Shown one piece after another: positions 50,513-62,370 of a stretch of 64,000 nt of DNA (position 1 is its first letter; each line of letters starts with the position of its first letter). A program made the translations under genes and the position numbers. The notes beneath the pieces are model-generated. The model saw only the letters and a program-made list of their open reading frames with translations. It ran no database searches and was not told the DNA's origin. Source of the stretch: Glaucostegus cemiculus (Eukaryota); NCBI GenBank assembly GCA_976551045.1, contig CDPCPM010000233.1, positions 7,006,001 to 7,070,000 on the forward strand. The letters run 5' to 3'.

Positions 50513-50676
50513 AGCAGCTTTGCGGCGAGCTTTGATGTTTTTAAAAAGCCAGACTGGATGGAGAAAACATTAGGTCACATCATTATCACAGGTCATTTCT
50601 GAGTGTTATAGATCAGTATGATACATTCTGAGTTGTTCATCAATTCATCTGCGAAAACATAAAGAAATAGGCAAGA

Positions 50677-51366
50677 AATAAATTGCACTGGAAGAATTGT
50701 AAAATGCGCCTCTAAGCTGATCACAAAACTTTGTTTTACACTTTGTTGTGGCATCTTTTGACTAATGATTATTTTGTCAAAGTTGTTCTTTATTCCAATA
50801 AATAGTATTGCATTTTCAGTAGTATTAAGATAGCAAAAATAAATTCTGTTATTAGTCATTAATGTTTCCTTCAAGCTGTGCACTGCCAATTCCATGACTT
50901 ATTGTGTTTCTTCAAACCGGAAATATATGCAGACCTACACTGGAGAGAATACAATACTCTGCTGCATTAAATAGTGAAGCTTATTGTATTTAATGGTTAT
51001 AAAACCAGAAATTTGTTTACCTTTGGCCATAAAACTAGCCATTTCATTTCACAATGTCACAAGGCTGAAAAGAAGGCAGTTCCTGTTAATTAGACTGTGT
51101 TGCACTACTGATATTGTCCTTGCTTGTGAGAAAAGAACACATATAAATACAAATGTGCAAAATAGTTAAAATTTATTCAGATTATAGGAAAATATGCTTT
51201 TATGTTGTTTATTGTGGTGTGCAAATTGTTCTAAGTTAAATCTTCCAAGAGTGATCATTATTGCTAGAAATGTTATTTTCACATGAATTAAAATTCTGCT
51301 GTTACATTTCAAATCTAAAGTCCTGTTTATGTTCTTAATTTCTCTTTGCTGAATCATAGAAATAAA
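50677..51366 (+). terminator. Candidate IGFN1 polyadenylation signals
   Basis: AATAAA at 50677, 50797, 50838 and 51361. The sequence alone does not show which is used. Confidence 0.4.
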
Positions 51367-51779
51367 ACATTTCAACCTGCAATGTTGATATTCATGACCC
51401 ATAAAATACTTTAATTTTTTATTACATTTTTCTAGTATTAGTAGCTTTGTGTTAAGACGACCCAGGTAACCTGTTTATTTTCTTTAGTTTCCATTAATAT
51501 TCCATACAAGTGCTGTTATAATATGATGTTATAGTCAGAGCGACTTGCATCTGGTGTGTGCCAGATGCAAGGCATGTTTATAGTTACAAATAACTCAGAA
51601 ATTTAGAGGTCAAAATTTCTGAAAATGATCAATAACTCTGAAGTGAAATAAGAATAAATAGAAACAGAAGCAGCTTCATAGCTGTTATAGGTGGAAAATC
51701 CTAAAGATTCATGATTTGTTGAGTGAATTTTTTTTTCTCTTATCCATCATTAATTGCTAACTTTGAGAATGTGACACCT

Positions 51780-52400
51780 GGTTCTAGATAACTTAGCCAG
51801 GGCAAACAACATCTCTTCATCCATCCCACTGAGTCATGTAAGAACTTCATTTGTTTCAATGAGTTTCTCTCTCATTCGTCTAGATCCTGCAGAGCATAAA
51901 CCCAGTCTGTTTAACCTTTCCTTACAGGATAATCCTGCCCACCATTCCAAGAATCAATCTGTTTATCCTTCATTATGCTCCCTCTGCTGCAACTGTATCA
52001 TTCTATGAGTAGGGAGACCAGGCCTGCACACAATATTGCAGGTACTCTATCTGATGCAGTCAGACATATTTATTCTTGTGCTCAAATCCTCTTCCAATAA
52101 AGGCCAAATGCCATTTGTGTTTCTAATTGCTTTATTTCCCTGCATGTTAATTTTCAATGATTTGTGTACAAGGACACTATCATCTCCCTTTGCACCAACA
52201 CCTTTCAATTTCTCACCATTGAAAAATCATTCAAATTTCCTTTTTTCCATCAAAGTAAGTAACATTTTCTCACATGATATTCCAGCTTTCATGTCCTCAA
52301 GCATTCACAGCCCAACTCTAACCCTTTGAAGCCTCTCTGGATCCTCCACACATCCCATGTTGCCACCCAAATTTGTATCATCAGTAAACTTGGAGATACT
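51780..52400 (-). mobile_element. Decayed CR1 LINE fragment
   Basis: Reverse-complement RT and C-terminal remnants (CCAAGTTTACTGATGATACAAATTTGGG; TATTGTGTGCAGGCCTGGTCTCC). Confidence 0.7.
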
Positions 52401-52409
52401 TCACTAAAG

Positions 52410-52580
52410 GCAAAAACTAACTGCAGCTGCTAGAAGTCTCAAATTAAAACAGAAGGAGCCAGAGATACTCAGAAGGTCTGTGGACACAGAGCAGAGTTAA
52501 CGTTTCAAGTTAATAACATTTTATCAGAAGCCTGTCGCTCCCTAATGTACTGAGTGTGTCTATCATTTTCTCTTTCTACT
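52410..52580. repeat. Penelope pLTR-derived element with hammerhead core remnant
   Basis: Minus 52493-52530 reads CTGATAA..stem..GAAACGTTAACTCTG; partial inverted arm at 52545-52580. Confidence 0.65.
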
Positions 52581-53599
52581 TTTGCTATATTACACATGCT
52601 CCTCTCAAGAATTGGACTTAATTGACTTGTTTGATGATGTGATCAAGAAGGTCGATGAGGGTAGGGTGGTAAATGTGGTCTACATGGTCTGCAGTTAAGG
52701 CCTATGATAGGATTCCCCTTCATTTAAATAATCATTTGCTTTATGATTTTACCTTCCAAAGTGGATAAACTCGCATTTTGCCACATTATATTCCACATAT
52801 AAACTTCTTGCCTGTTCACTCTCCATATTCTTTTGCAAGCTCTTTGCATCACAACTTGCTAACCCACCTATTTATGTCAAAATATTGTGTGAAATTTGTG
52901 GGTTTCCAACCCCTCTGAATGTCTCCACAATCTAATGAACCTTGGCAGAGTACAACCAACGCATTTACTATCTCTGCAACTAGTTAAGACCCTAGCGTGC
53001 AGCCCATCAGAGCCGAGTGATCTCAGACCACAGTAGTTTGGCCTGTGCTCCTCTGCTGTTAGAGCTTGCTTTAAGTTTCTATTCCCTATTAACCTCCTTG
53101 ATTATCTATTATTTGGATGTTTACAATGAAGGACGAAACAAAGTAATTATTTAGAATCTCTGCCATTTCTCTATTCACCATTAATTCCCAGCCTCATCTT
53201 CTTAAGAAAGTAACTTTAATCTCTTCCTTGTCACATACTCTGGAAACGCTCCCTACTTGTTTTTATTTTGTTTGCTGGTTTACTCTCATACTGTTTTTTC
53301 CAGCTGTATTTGTTTCTTTCAGTCCTCCTTTGCAGAGCACTAGAAACATGCCACTCCTGCGGCCTGCCCCTGCTCTTCACTCGGCTTTGCTTTTATTTCC
53401 ATTTCAGACCATTCTTGCGCATTGATTCCTTCAGCACACAGCCTGCGCTGGCAATTTTGCATGAATACATTGATTTTACTCTATTTTACTCATTGTTTCC
53501 GCCACGACTTCAACCTGGTTTCAGCAAGGATCGAATAAGTTGTATAAGAGTTAAAACTCATGAGGGGAACTTTCTGATTTTCATTATTTGTAGCGTCAC

Positions 53600-53806
53600 A
53601 ATTCAGGTTTGTGATTGGTTGGTCTAAAGCCGGGTGTCCTCGTCTGATTGGCACAGGTAGCTGTCAAACAGCGCCTTGCCTCTGATTGGGCGGTCCCTAT
53701 GCCCCCGTGGCTCCGCCTCCTACCGCCTGGGAATCGGCTGTCAATCAGGTTAATTCCCAATCCACGGGCGAAATAAGTTGAAAAAGTTTTGGAGAAGTTG
53801 GTAACA
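53600..53806 (+). promoter_or_regulatory. CpG-rich promoter with clustered CCAAT and GC boxes
   Basis: ATTGG at 53614, 53647 and 53685, CCAAT at 53757, GGGCGG at 53689. CpG density rises sharply from about 53630 to 54200 against an otherwise CpG-poor window. Confidence 0.8.
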
Positions 53807-54082
53807 ATGAGAAGTCGGAAGGGGAAAAGCGGGCAGCGGGGCGAAGATAACTCCGTCCGGGCTGACAGTAGGGATGTGCCCGTCTCTGCCCCCGCCTCGG
53901 CCGGACTGGCCGTGCTGTGGGCTTTGCTGCTGCTCTTGGTGGCCGCTGGTGGGGTTGGCGGCTGGTACATTCAGCAGCAGCTCCGCACCATCGGCAGCCT
54001 GGATCACACCGTTCAGATCCTGCAGAAGAAGCTCTCTCAGCTCGAAACGATCCATTCTCAAGTGAATGAGCTGAACGAGAAG
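53807..54082 (+). CDS. IKBIP/CKAP4-family type II membrane protein, exon 1 (basic N-terminus, TM helix, start of coiled coil)
   Basis: ACAATGA start; MRSRKGK; hydrophobic stretch LAVLWALLLLLVAAGGVGGWYI then QQQ; ends ELNEK|GTACGT at phase 0. Recalls IKBIP WFVFQQ...LISEK at an exon end (from memory). Confidence 0.8.
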
Positions 54083-54321
54083 GTACGTACCGACCTGGGG
54101 ACTCGGCGCCCTCCCCCCTTGAAGTTTGCAATCGTGGCAGGGAGCTAACTCCCTGCAGAGCAAAGCGAAGGAGTGACATCCTGGAAAACTTTTCTCGTGG
54201 AACATCTTAGAGACGATTTCTAGACAAACGTCTCCAATATCCGATCAATAAACTGACTTCAGATATGATGTGAAAGTCACTGCCGTTGATTTCAAAGCAG
54301 GAGTTGATTTACTATGGGTTG

Positions 54322-54480
54322 AAAAAAAAAACGTTGGAAACACTCAGCAGGTCAGGCAGTATCTACAGAAATTGAAACAACGTTAAAGTTTCAGGTGGGA
54401 AAACTTTCGACCTGAAACATTAACTGTTTCTTTTTCCACAGATGCCGCCTGACCTGCTGAACGTTTCCAGCATAGTTTTT
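54322..54480. repeat. Penelope pLTR-derived fold-back (hairpin) element
   Basis: Arm 54333-54396 (TTGGAAACACTCAGCAGGTCAGGCAGTATCT..GTTTCAGGT) is inverted relative to 54410-54471 (ACCTGAAAC..AGATGCCGCCTGACCTGCTGAACGTTTCCAG), with a 13-nt loop. Confidence 0.85.
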
Positions 54481-55331
54481 ATCTCAGATTTTAAGCACCG
54501 AAACAGCACTTCGAGGCTAATGCTATTTTATTCCCCTCGCATTCCCATTAATTTCCTCCCCATCCACTCCTTGATTCAACCTCGCAGCGACTGGAGCTAT
54601 TTTTTTATTGATTGAGCATGGCACTGGGGGAAAAGTAACTTAATGGGAATCAAAGGGAAAGCTTAGATCAAGCCAAAAAAACAAACTGCTGGAGGGACTC
54701 AGTGGGTCAGTCAGCATCTATTGAAGGGAAATGGACAGTCTGCATTTCAGGTTGGGACTCTTCATCTGCGTTTCCATTAGATCAGGTCAATCAGCATAAA
54801 GGATTTGTTTGCATCAGACTAATGTCCAAGCTGGAGCAGTTCCTGAATGCAGTGTCCTAAGTCCAGTCACCTTAAGTTGCTTCGTCATTGACCTTTCTTC
54901 TGTATGTAAGAAGGTGGGAACTTCTGATAATATCATGGAGTTCAGTTCTGAAGCAGACTTGCCCTCATACAGGAAGACACGGATGTTATTCAGACCTACA
55001 GACTCACGCAATGGTTACAGTTCAGAAGGGTACCATTCAGCTCATCAGGTCTGTACTTGCACTAGCTGTGTTGAACATAAGATGTTTCCTTGTGTCATTT
55101 TGATCAACAGAATTCTATGACCCCCTAGTACTTGATCTGTCAGCCAATGGGGACAGTTTTTCTCTATCTTTCCCTCATGGTTTTAAATACATTCATCAGT
55201 CCTTCTTGTAACTTATTCTCTTTCAATGAGATCAGCCCCCATTTGTCCAATCCATCCACATACCCAAGGTCCAACATTCTCTGGAATCATGTTGGTAAAT
55301 CCCTTTTATGCCTTCCTCAAAGCACATTTTA

Positions 55332-55585
55332 ATTAGTAATTGATTTATTATTGTCAAATGTACTGTCTTGCATGCCATCCATACAGATCATTTCAAAACA
55401 TAAGTATGTTGAGGTAGTACAAAGGGAAAAACAGTAATAATGCAGATTACAGTGTTACAGTTACATAGAAAGTGCAGTGTAGGTAGCCAATAAGTTTCAA
55501 GGGCCATGACGATGTAGATGTGAGATAAACAGTTTATCTATTATCATACAAGAGGTCCATTCAAGAGTCTTATACCAGTAGGCCT
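55332..55585 (-). mobile_element. Rex1/Babar-type LINE 3'UTR fragment
   Basis: Reverse complement ends ACAATAATAAATCAATTACTAAT and is preceded by a TATAAGACTCTTGAATGGACCTCTTG ORF end. Confidence 0.55.
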
Positions 55586-57683
55586 TTTGACCAATCCAGG
55601 CTGGCACTTCAGTATCCACCCATACTTGTCAAGATTACTACTGATCCTATCCCTGCTTATTGCTTGTACTTCTAGGTTTATCCCTGCACGATTCATTTGA
55701 AAAGAGTACAACACCTGGAATTTTCCAGTCTGTGCACCCCCTCCCTGTAGATGTTTGGAAGATTGTGGCCAGCAGTTACTTCCCTTACTTTTCTCAGCAA
55801 TCTGGACCAGATGATTTAACGTATTAAGTGTGGCTAGCCTTTCTGGTACCACCACCCTATTGAATTTTTACCCCACCAGAATCTCAGTTGCATCTTTGCT
55901 GAGACTTCATTGGCAGTTTCATTGGTAAAGTCTGATGTAAATTACTCACTTAGTACCTAAAACATGCACACAGCTTTCACAAGTAGATTTTCTTCTTGGC
56001 CTCTCGCTGGCCATTCTTCTCCTTTTACAATCCTTTTCCCGTACACATGCCTGTAGTTTGCTGCTTTACAGTACTATACATAAGAGAGAGGGAGAAGACA
56101 AAGGGAACTGACAACTAAGGAAGATTTGGACAACATTCTTATTATTTTGGAGTTTAAGAACAAAAATAAGTGAAGGAAACTTGTACAGAAACAAAATGGA
56201 CATTCACAATTGGTGCTATAAATGGAAGTTGTTCGAAAGTCATTATGGAGTTTGGTGTTGTCTTCTGGATCTCTAATCATTTGGATGTTGTTGTTATTTG
56301 GAGAACAATGCTAGGAATCTATATTTCAGAGGTGTCCTTAAGCTCTGGAGTTTTGCTTACATGTGTTTCATCTGTTTAAATCAAACAATGCAGATTACAG
56401 TGTCATTAGTGAACTTCCTACTTCCACATGGCTCTAGCACCTGTAACTCTTGTTAGTGCAGAGGCACTCCAAATATTCCTTCCAATGAGCTTCACCTGGA
56501 TGTATTATTTGAAGTAGTCTTGTAATGATACTGTGCATGATATTTTATACTTGTAAGAGCATCTGCATCTTCCTCAATTGAATATTGAGGTAAAGGTAAT
56601 GCACTTTCATCCTTTGAGTCTCGATGTATTTCATTTACACTACATCTTCATTTGCCAATCTAACACAGCTAGAAACTTTTGATCCTACTCCTTGTCTTTC
56701 TGACATTGTTTCAGAGTTTTCCTCACATTCTCAATTTTGTCAGTGGACTGCGGTGAGTAAAGTGATTGTGTCACATGTTTAAGTTCATTAATATGCATGT
56801 TAATATTTGCACAAACACCACAGATTTTGCAGAGGTAAACACCAGAATGTTTGACACCACAAATCTGACATGCATCTGTCGTAATTTTTGAAATACAGAC
56901 AGAAAATACAAGACTCAGCGTGTCAGGTAGCATCTGTTTGGAGAAAAGCAGTAAACATTTCAAATTGATGGCTTTTCTTCAGAATGGGACAAAGTTAGGA
57001 AACCAACATATTTCAAGTTGCAGAGGATGTGGATGACTGCAGAGAGCAAAGGGAAACGAGAGCATGAAGACCCAGAGAGACTGAAATGTAAATGATAGTG
57101 CTGATATCTGAGAGAGGGTGGTGAAGTTGTCTTAGGACCGTGCATAACAAATTCAATAAAGCTGGTTATGGTATAAAGTTACTGAAATAATCACATGCGG
57201 GAAGCACTTTAAGGTCATCCAACTGGAAAGATCAATTTTAACCCCTGACTAAAGCCCAACCACTGTATCATGATGCAATAATTTATTTTTACTTGGTGCA
57301 TCAAAGATAAGTCAAATAAATATGACAATATTGTAATGTATATTTTAAGGTCTGCTAATATTTTGGGCCAATAGATTTAACCCTTTGAGGTATCAATGTT
57401 CGCCACTTACCTAATATAGGGATTTCTTAATTTATGAACAATGTACAGATTTTTGCCATGGTGCCATTGACTTTTTTAACTCTGTCTTCAACTATTCAAT
57501 TTTTCATTATAATGAATAGTGCACCACTCTCCACTCATATATATACTGTGCCCAAAAAACCATAATGTACTTACACAGCCAAATTCTGTTCAGAAAGTTG
57601 GTTTGATGAACAAGTCCCTTTTGTAAATTAATGAGTTTATGGCTAATGCAAAAAGCACCTGACCTTTAAACATTAAATCTCTT

Positions 57684-57840
57684 CATAGAATCATAGTTAT
57701 ACAGCACGGAAACAGGCCATATGGCCCAATTTGTCCATGCCAACCAAAGTTCCTTGCTGAGCTAGTCCCATTTGCTTGCATTTTGCTCACATCCCTCTAA
57801 ACCATTCCTATCCTTGAGCCTGTCCGAATGTTTTTAATGT
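57684..57840 (-). mobile_element. CR1 3' end fragment
   Basis: Reverse complement ..GCATGGACAAATTGGGCCATATGGCCTGTTTCCGTGCTGTATAACTATGATTCTATG. Confidence 0.75.
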
Positions 57841-59139
57841 CATGCAAATAATTAAATGTGAAATTCAAACTAAGTTTGGTGGGACTTGAGTATTATTTTC
57901 CTGATTCCAAGCCATGATGAAATTAGTTGTTTTTGATCAGGGTCAATGCTGAACAATAAGTCACTTTAAGCAAAACCTTGAACTGAAAGTGATTAATGAT
58001 AATAATTTCCTTTCAGCTCCCTTGTAAAATCCCAGGTGTTAACATATGGCGGCTATGTTCTACTCAATGTGTGTTTCTCAGTCTTTATTATTCTTCATAA
58101 AGGCTATTTCGAGGCTTGAAAATTCCTGTTTCTAATGGATGGTGATCCATTTCAATATTCTTCACATTTGATAATAGATAGAAGTCTCAGGTTTATCGCA
58201 GTCAAACACATCTGCTGGAAGTTCTTTCCTAATATATGCACACCTCACACTTGCCCAGATTAAACTCCAATTAAATAATTATTTGCTGCCTTCTACATTC
58301 ATTCTACCTTCCAAAGTAGATAAACTTGCATTCTGTCACATTATACTCCGTCTGCCAACTTCTTGCCTGTTCACTTAACATGTCTACATTCTTTGCAAGC
58401 TCCTTGCATCACAACTTGCTTGCCCACCTATCTATGTTGAAAAGTTGTGTTAAATATGTGGCCTTCCAATCTTCTGAACCTCTCCAGGATCTAAGGAAAT
58501 TTGGCGGATTACAACCAATGCATTTATTATCTCTGCTGACCTTAATGTTCTTGATATGCGCATGGTTGGTTATATGTTCCACATCTGTACTGCTCTAAAT
58601 CCAGATTGAGGTGGATTGCATTGTGGGAGCATTTCCTCCTTGAACTTTAACACCAGGAAGCTGCTGTCCTCTTCCCTGTTGCCTTACATTGTTGCAGTGC
58701 CAATTTCTGAGGTTTTCTTTGGAACAGCAGTGGATCTTCTTTATTAAATTTCTAAGTGGTGCAGTTACATCTGACAGGTGTAGAAGAAACATTTTCAGAT
58801 ATCAAATAAGTTCAGGTAGTTTCTGGATCCCTGAATCAGCTTGGGTTGCATTTCCAAAACTATAAGCCTCGTGGATACACACAGGATCCTACACTAGAAG
58901 TGTATCCAATAAGAGGTGCTGCTTGTCGACAAGTTTAATTTTTTTCCATGTCTAACATAACATCATGGTTCTTCAGTTATGTGGGAGTCATCTTTTTTGA
59001 TATTTGAAGCAATTCTCCAAAACCGGCTGTTTCAAATGATCAATAATGACCTATGTCCTGTAGTGATTCCATTAGTTAATACATTTTTCTGTCAACAAAC
59101 TCGTACTGATTGACATATGCTTCTAGATATATCATCTAA

Positions 59140-59600
59140 AAGAGATGAAGTGTTGTAAGAAGTAATGCCTTTTCATCACTATCCCTTTCACTGGGATGCT
59201 TGCTAAAACCCATTTTCAACATCAGGCATCATTAGTTTAAAGTCCATGCATTTCTGCCTCTATATGAATAACTCCACCTGCATCCTATTTAGCACACAGC
59301 TTGTTTCCAATCGTCCATTAAAATATCTTGCTGACTGTTCGGAAGCTTCTGGTATATTCCCAACAAGGTGTGTGCACCCTTTTTGTTCCTAAGCTCTATC
59401 CAAAAGGCCTTATTTGAAGAAACTTCCAGTATCTTCTCTCCCTTCATTGCAGTAATGGACTCCTTAATCAATAATGCAGTGTTACTTCTTTTGCATCCCC
59501 ATCTCAGAAGATTGTATACCCTGTTGAGTTGCCAGTCCTGCTCTTATTTCAACCATAACTTCTTTCAATCATATTCTCATGTGCTGATCAACACTGTACA
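59140..59600 (-). mobile_element. CR1 endonuclease-domain fragment
   Basis: Minus ORF IKESITA....FWIELRNKKGAHTLLGIYQKLPNSQQDI (CR1 EN WVELRNKKG..TLLGVYYRPPNS). Confidence 0.75.
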
Positions 59601-61385
59601 TCCATTTGTCTTGCAAGTTGTCATGATTTTGAATGACTCACAGGCAAATTGGAGCTGCAAATGTATAGGTCTTTATTCAGCTCAAGTGTAGACAGAAGGA
59701 TTTTGGTGGAAGAAGCTCCCTGAACGCAAAGTACGTTGAGGTGTTTTACTCTTTAAGCACAAAGATAACAGAGGTGATTGATTACATTTTCTACAGTAAC
59801 AATTGCATAGTGCATTTCAGTGTTTTGGTTCCCTACAATTACATGGTCACAGAAGAAGCACATCTTAACTGACAAGACCATCACACCCATCTCTGTTCTG
59901 CCTTCTAAATTGAGTTAATTTTCATTCTGTATTTGACTATACCTTCCCTTGCCCCCACCCACCCCACTCCCCTCCCCAACTGTGCATCTACTCTGTGCAG
60001 GTCCCACCGACTCCAGAACCAGTCCAGTGATTCAGAAACCTAAAACCTTCCCTCCTGCACCATCTTTTTAGCCGTGTATTCATCTGACCTATAAAAGATA
60101 AAATAACGAGTTTACAATGAAAGGATGGCTTGCACTTACTCAACGCCTTTCATGTACTTAGAGACATCTGAAGTGTAATCATGGTAGTAACACAAGAAGT
60201 TATGAAGCTCCAGGGGTCTGCTACTTCACATACAGGGAAGAAAGGAAAAATAATGAGTCAAATCGTATGGCCCGGACATGCCACCCTACCATGGGCACCC
60301 TAACTTGGTATGGACATAGGGATCCAATTGTCATTGGCATCCCAGTCCCAGAGAGGTCAATGAAACATTGCAAAGATTCAGCAGTGGTGCTGGCTGAGGC
60401 CTCACTCTGAGGATGTCTGATGACCTTTGATAGCTTGCAGTCTGTTGAAGGCATTTGAACAGTTTTTAAATGTCTCTAGCTCTACAAATATTTTTTAAAA
60501 AGTTAGTTACTAAAAGTTTTAAAAAAAGCACCTAAAATATATGAAAATTGCAACATATTGAAAAGTATTAAAATTATACAAGAACTTACCTTTTTCCCCA
60601 CAGGATTAAATGAATAGGTTGCAATTTGTACATTTTTCCTGCTTGGCATAAAGCTGAAGCCTGGATGTGAAAGGCACTTGGACCCTGGACTCGATGAGTC
60701 AGCACTTACCCCACTGGACTCTTAGATCCAGTCATGGATTTCCAATGGAAATCCAAGGCATATAGAATATTGAACGGCTGATAGGTGGCAGTTCATATTC
60801 ATGGAATCATGAACTAAGATAGAACTGTCCCTCAGGAACTCCTGGTAAGCAAGTTTCATCCCAATAAAATCACTTGCCAGTGAATCAATGATTTGCATTT
60901 AGGGTGTGCATGCCCTGAATCTCTCACAAGAAGATGGAGATCCTTTTTGCTGTTAACAGAGTCTCACGTAATTCTGTTGTTCCCAGATGCATGGATAGCT
61001 TGGGACCATTGCCATAATGAGGAAGTGAAATGGAAAACATACTGTTCAGCCACAAAATTATGTTTTGCCTTTACTTCCCTGCTAGTTCTTTGCAGGTTTC
61101 CTTGAAGCTTGTTTGAATTTTAATCATTTGGGGGTCAACAATAAATGAGGTTAAGGAAAACTGAGGAAGAATTTATAAATACTTTGCTGTATTGGTTATT
61201 TTTGAGAAATGCATTGAGAATCATTGAGAAATTACAAAGTAAATGAAGTGAAAGTATGTACAAAGTGGAAAAATATTCTACTTTTCTTCATTGTCTGTGC
61301 CTTCTTAATGGACGACAAATAAGCTTAGTAAACTCATTTGTATTATTTCCCTCCTCTGAAAAAGATATTTCTCCTTTTATTTCAG

Positions 61386-62011
61386 TTGTTGATCACAGAA
61401 GGTCATGAACAAAGGTTGCAGGATCTCGAGGTTACATGGGCTGATTCTAAAAGGAAAATGGAAATGACAATGGAGGCCGTGACACAGATTGAGTCAGCTA
61501 ACCTAAATAGTAAGGTGGCTGTACTCCAGTCAGAGATGGGTAAAAGCCTGAGTGAGCTCAGGAAGGACTTGCTCACAAAGAGCGACCTGGAGCATCTGGA
61601 GGATATGGTCGAAGTTCTTCGAGAAGTTGAGTTTGCACGGGCAGAGCAAGAGGTTGCAAGTATGAAGGCTACAACCTCCAAACTTGAAGACAGTGTATAT
61701 TCACTTTCTGCTTCATTTCCAGCTTTAACAAGTCGTGTTGCAAGCCTAGAAGCAGAAAGGCAGGACTTTCAGGCTCTTCAGCGAAGTGCTGAGGACATCA
61801 ACTCAGTCAAAGAGTTAATGGACCATAGTTTTCCCTCCCTCTCCAATGGCGTGATTGAATTGTCAAAACAAGTAAATCAGACTACCCAGGTGACTGATGT
61901 TATTCAGTCACAATTAGCCCAACATAGCAAAGAATTATCAGCACTGAAAGACTATGCATCTGATCAACAAGTTGAGCACCTGTCCAGAAAAGAGGAACTG
62001 GAAAACATCAG
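61386..62011 (+). CDS. IKBIP/CKAP4-like gene, exon 2 (long luminal coiled coil)
   Basis: Pyrimidine tract plus TTTCAG acceptor; 208 open codons rich in L/E/Q/K/S heptads; AG|GTTTAT donor. Phase 0 to 2 fits exons 1 and 3. Confidence 0.85.
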
Positions 62012-62216
62012 GTTTATAAATGGTTTTTGCCTGCAGGATTGGAAAATTGTGACTGAATACACTGAAAATGAAATATAATGTTAAGAAGGAATATGGCACT
62101 GATGCTTAGTGCTTTTGATGTATTTGATATTTTTGGATGCGTTTTGAGATTTTTGCATTCTACTTAAAATGAGTACTGCTCAGGTAATGTCTTATTCCTT
62201 GCTGTCTCCATCTCAG

Positions 62217-62370
62217 GAAGCTGGCCAATCAGTTGCAGATGGAGAAGATTTCTATGGAAGAGCTGGAGAATGCTGTTCGAAGCACAATAACCAGTGATAT
62301 CAGCGAGCTGCAAAGGAGAACTAGCAAAATAGATGAAATGCTAGCCACTCTGCAGAATTATGTCACAAAG
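62217..62370 (+). CDS. IKBIP/CKAP4-like gene, exon 3 (RKLANQLQMEKISMEELENAVRSTITSDISELQRRTSKIDEMLATLQNYVTK)
   Basis: CATCTCAG acceptor, AAG|GTAACC donor, coiled-coil composition. No terminal exon was identified in the window. Confidence 0.82.

Noticed and set aside
53757-53766. CCAAT-CCACG as an ER stress response element
   Set aside because: ERSE needs CCAAT-N9-CCACG and ERSE-II needs ATTGG-N-CCACG; here the spacer is zero.
53596-54205. Minus-strand ORFs of 124-151 aa over the CpG island
   Set aside because: Expected in GC-rich DNA opposite a real exon; no recognisable domain.
59619-59874. Possible second solo LTR (TGTCA...TGACA with minus-strand AATAAA)
   Set aside because: The flanks (CAAGT vs AGACC) do not form a TSD, so the boundaries are unsupported.
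60221-60454. Possible Myb/SANT remnant of a Harbinger element (LQCFIDL)
   Set aside because: The resemblance is too short to support without a profile search.
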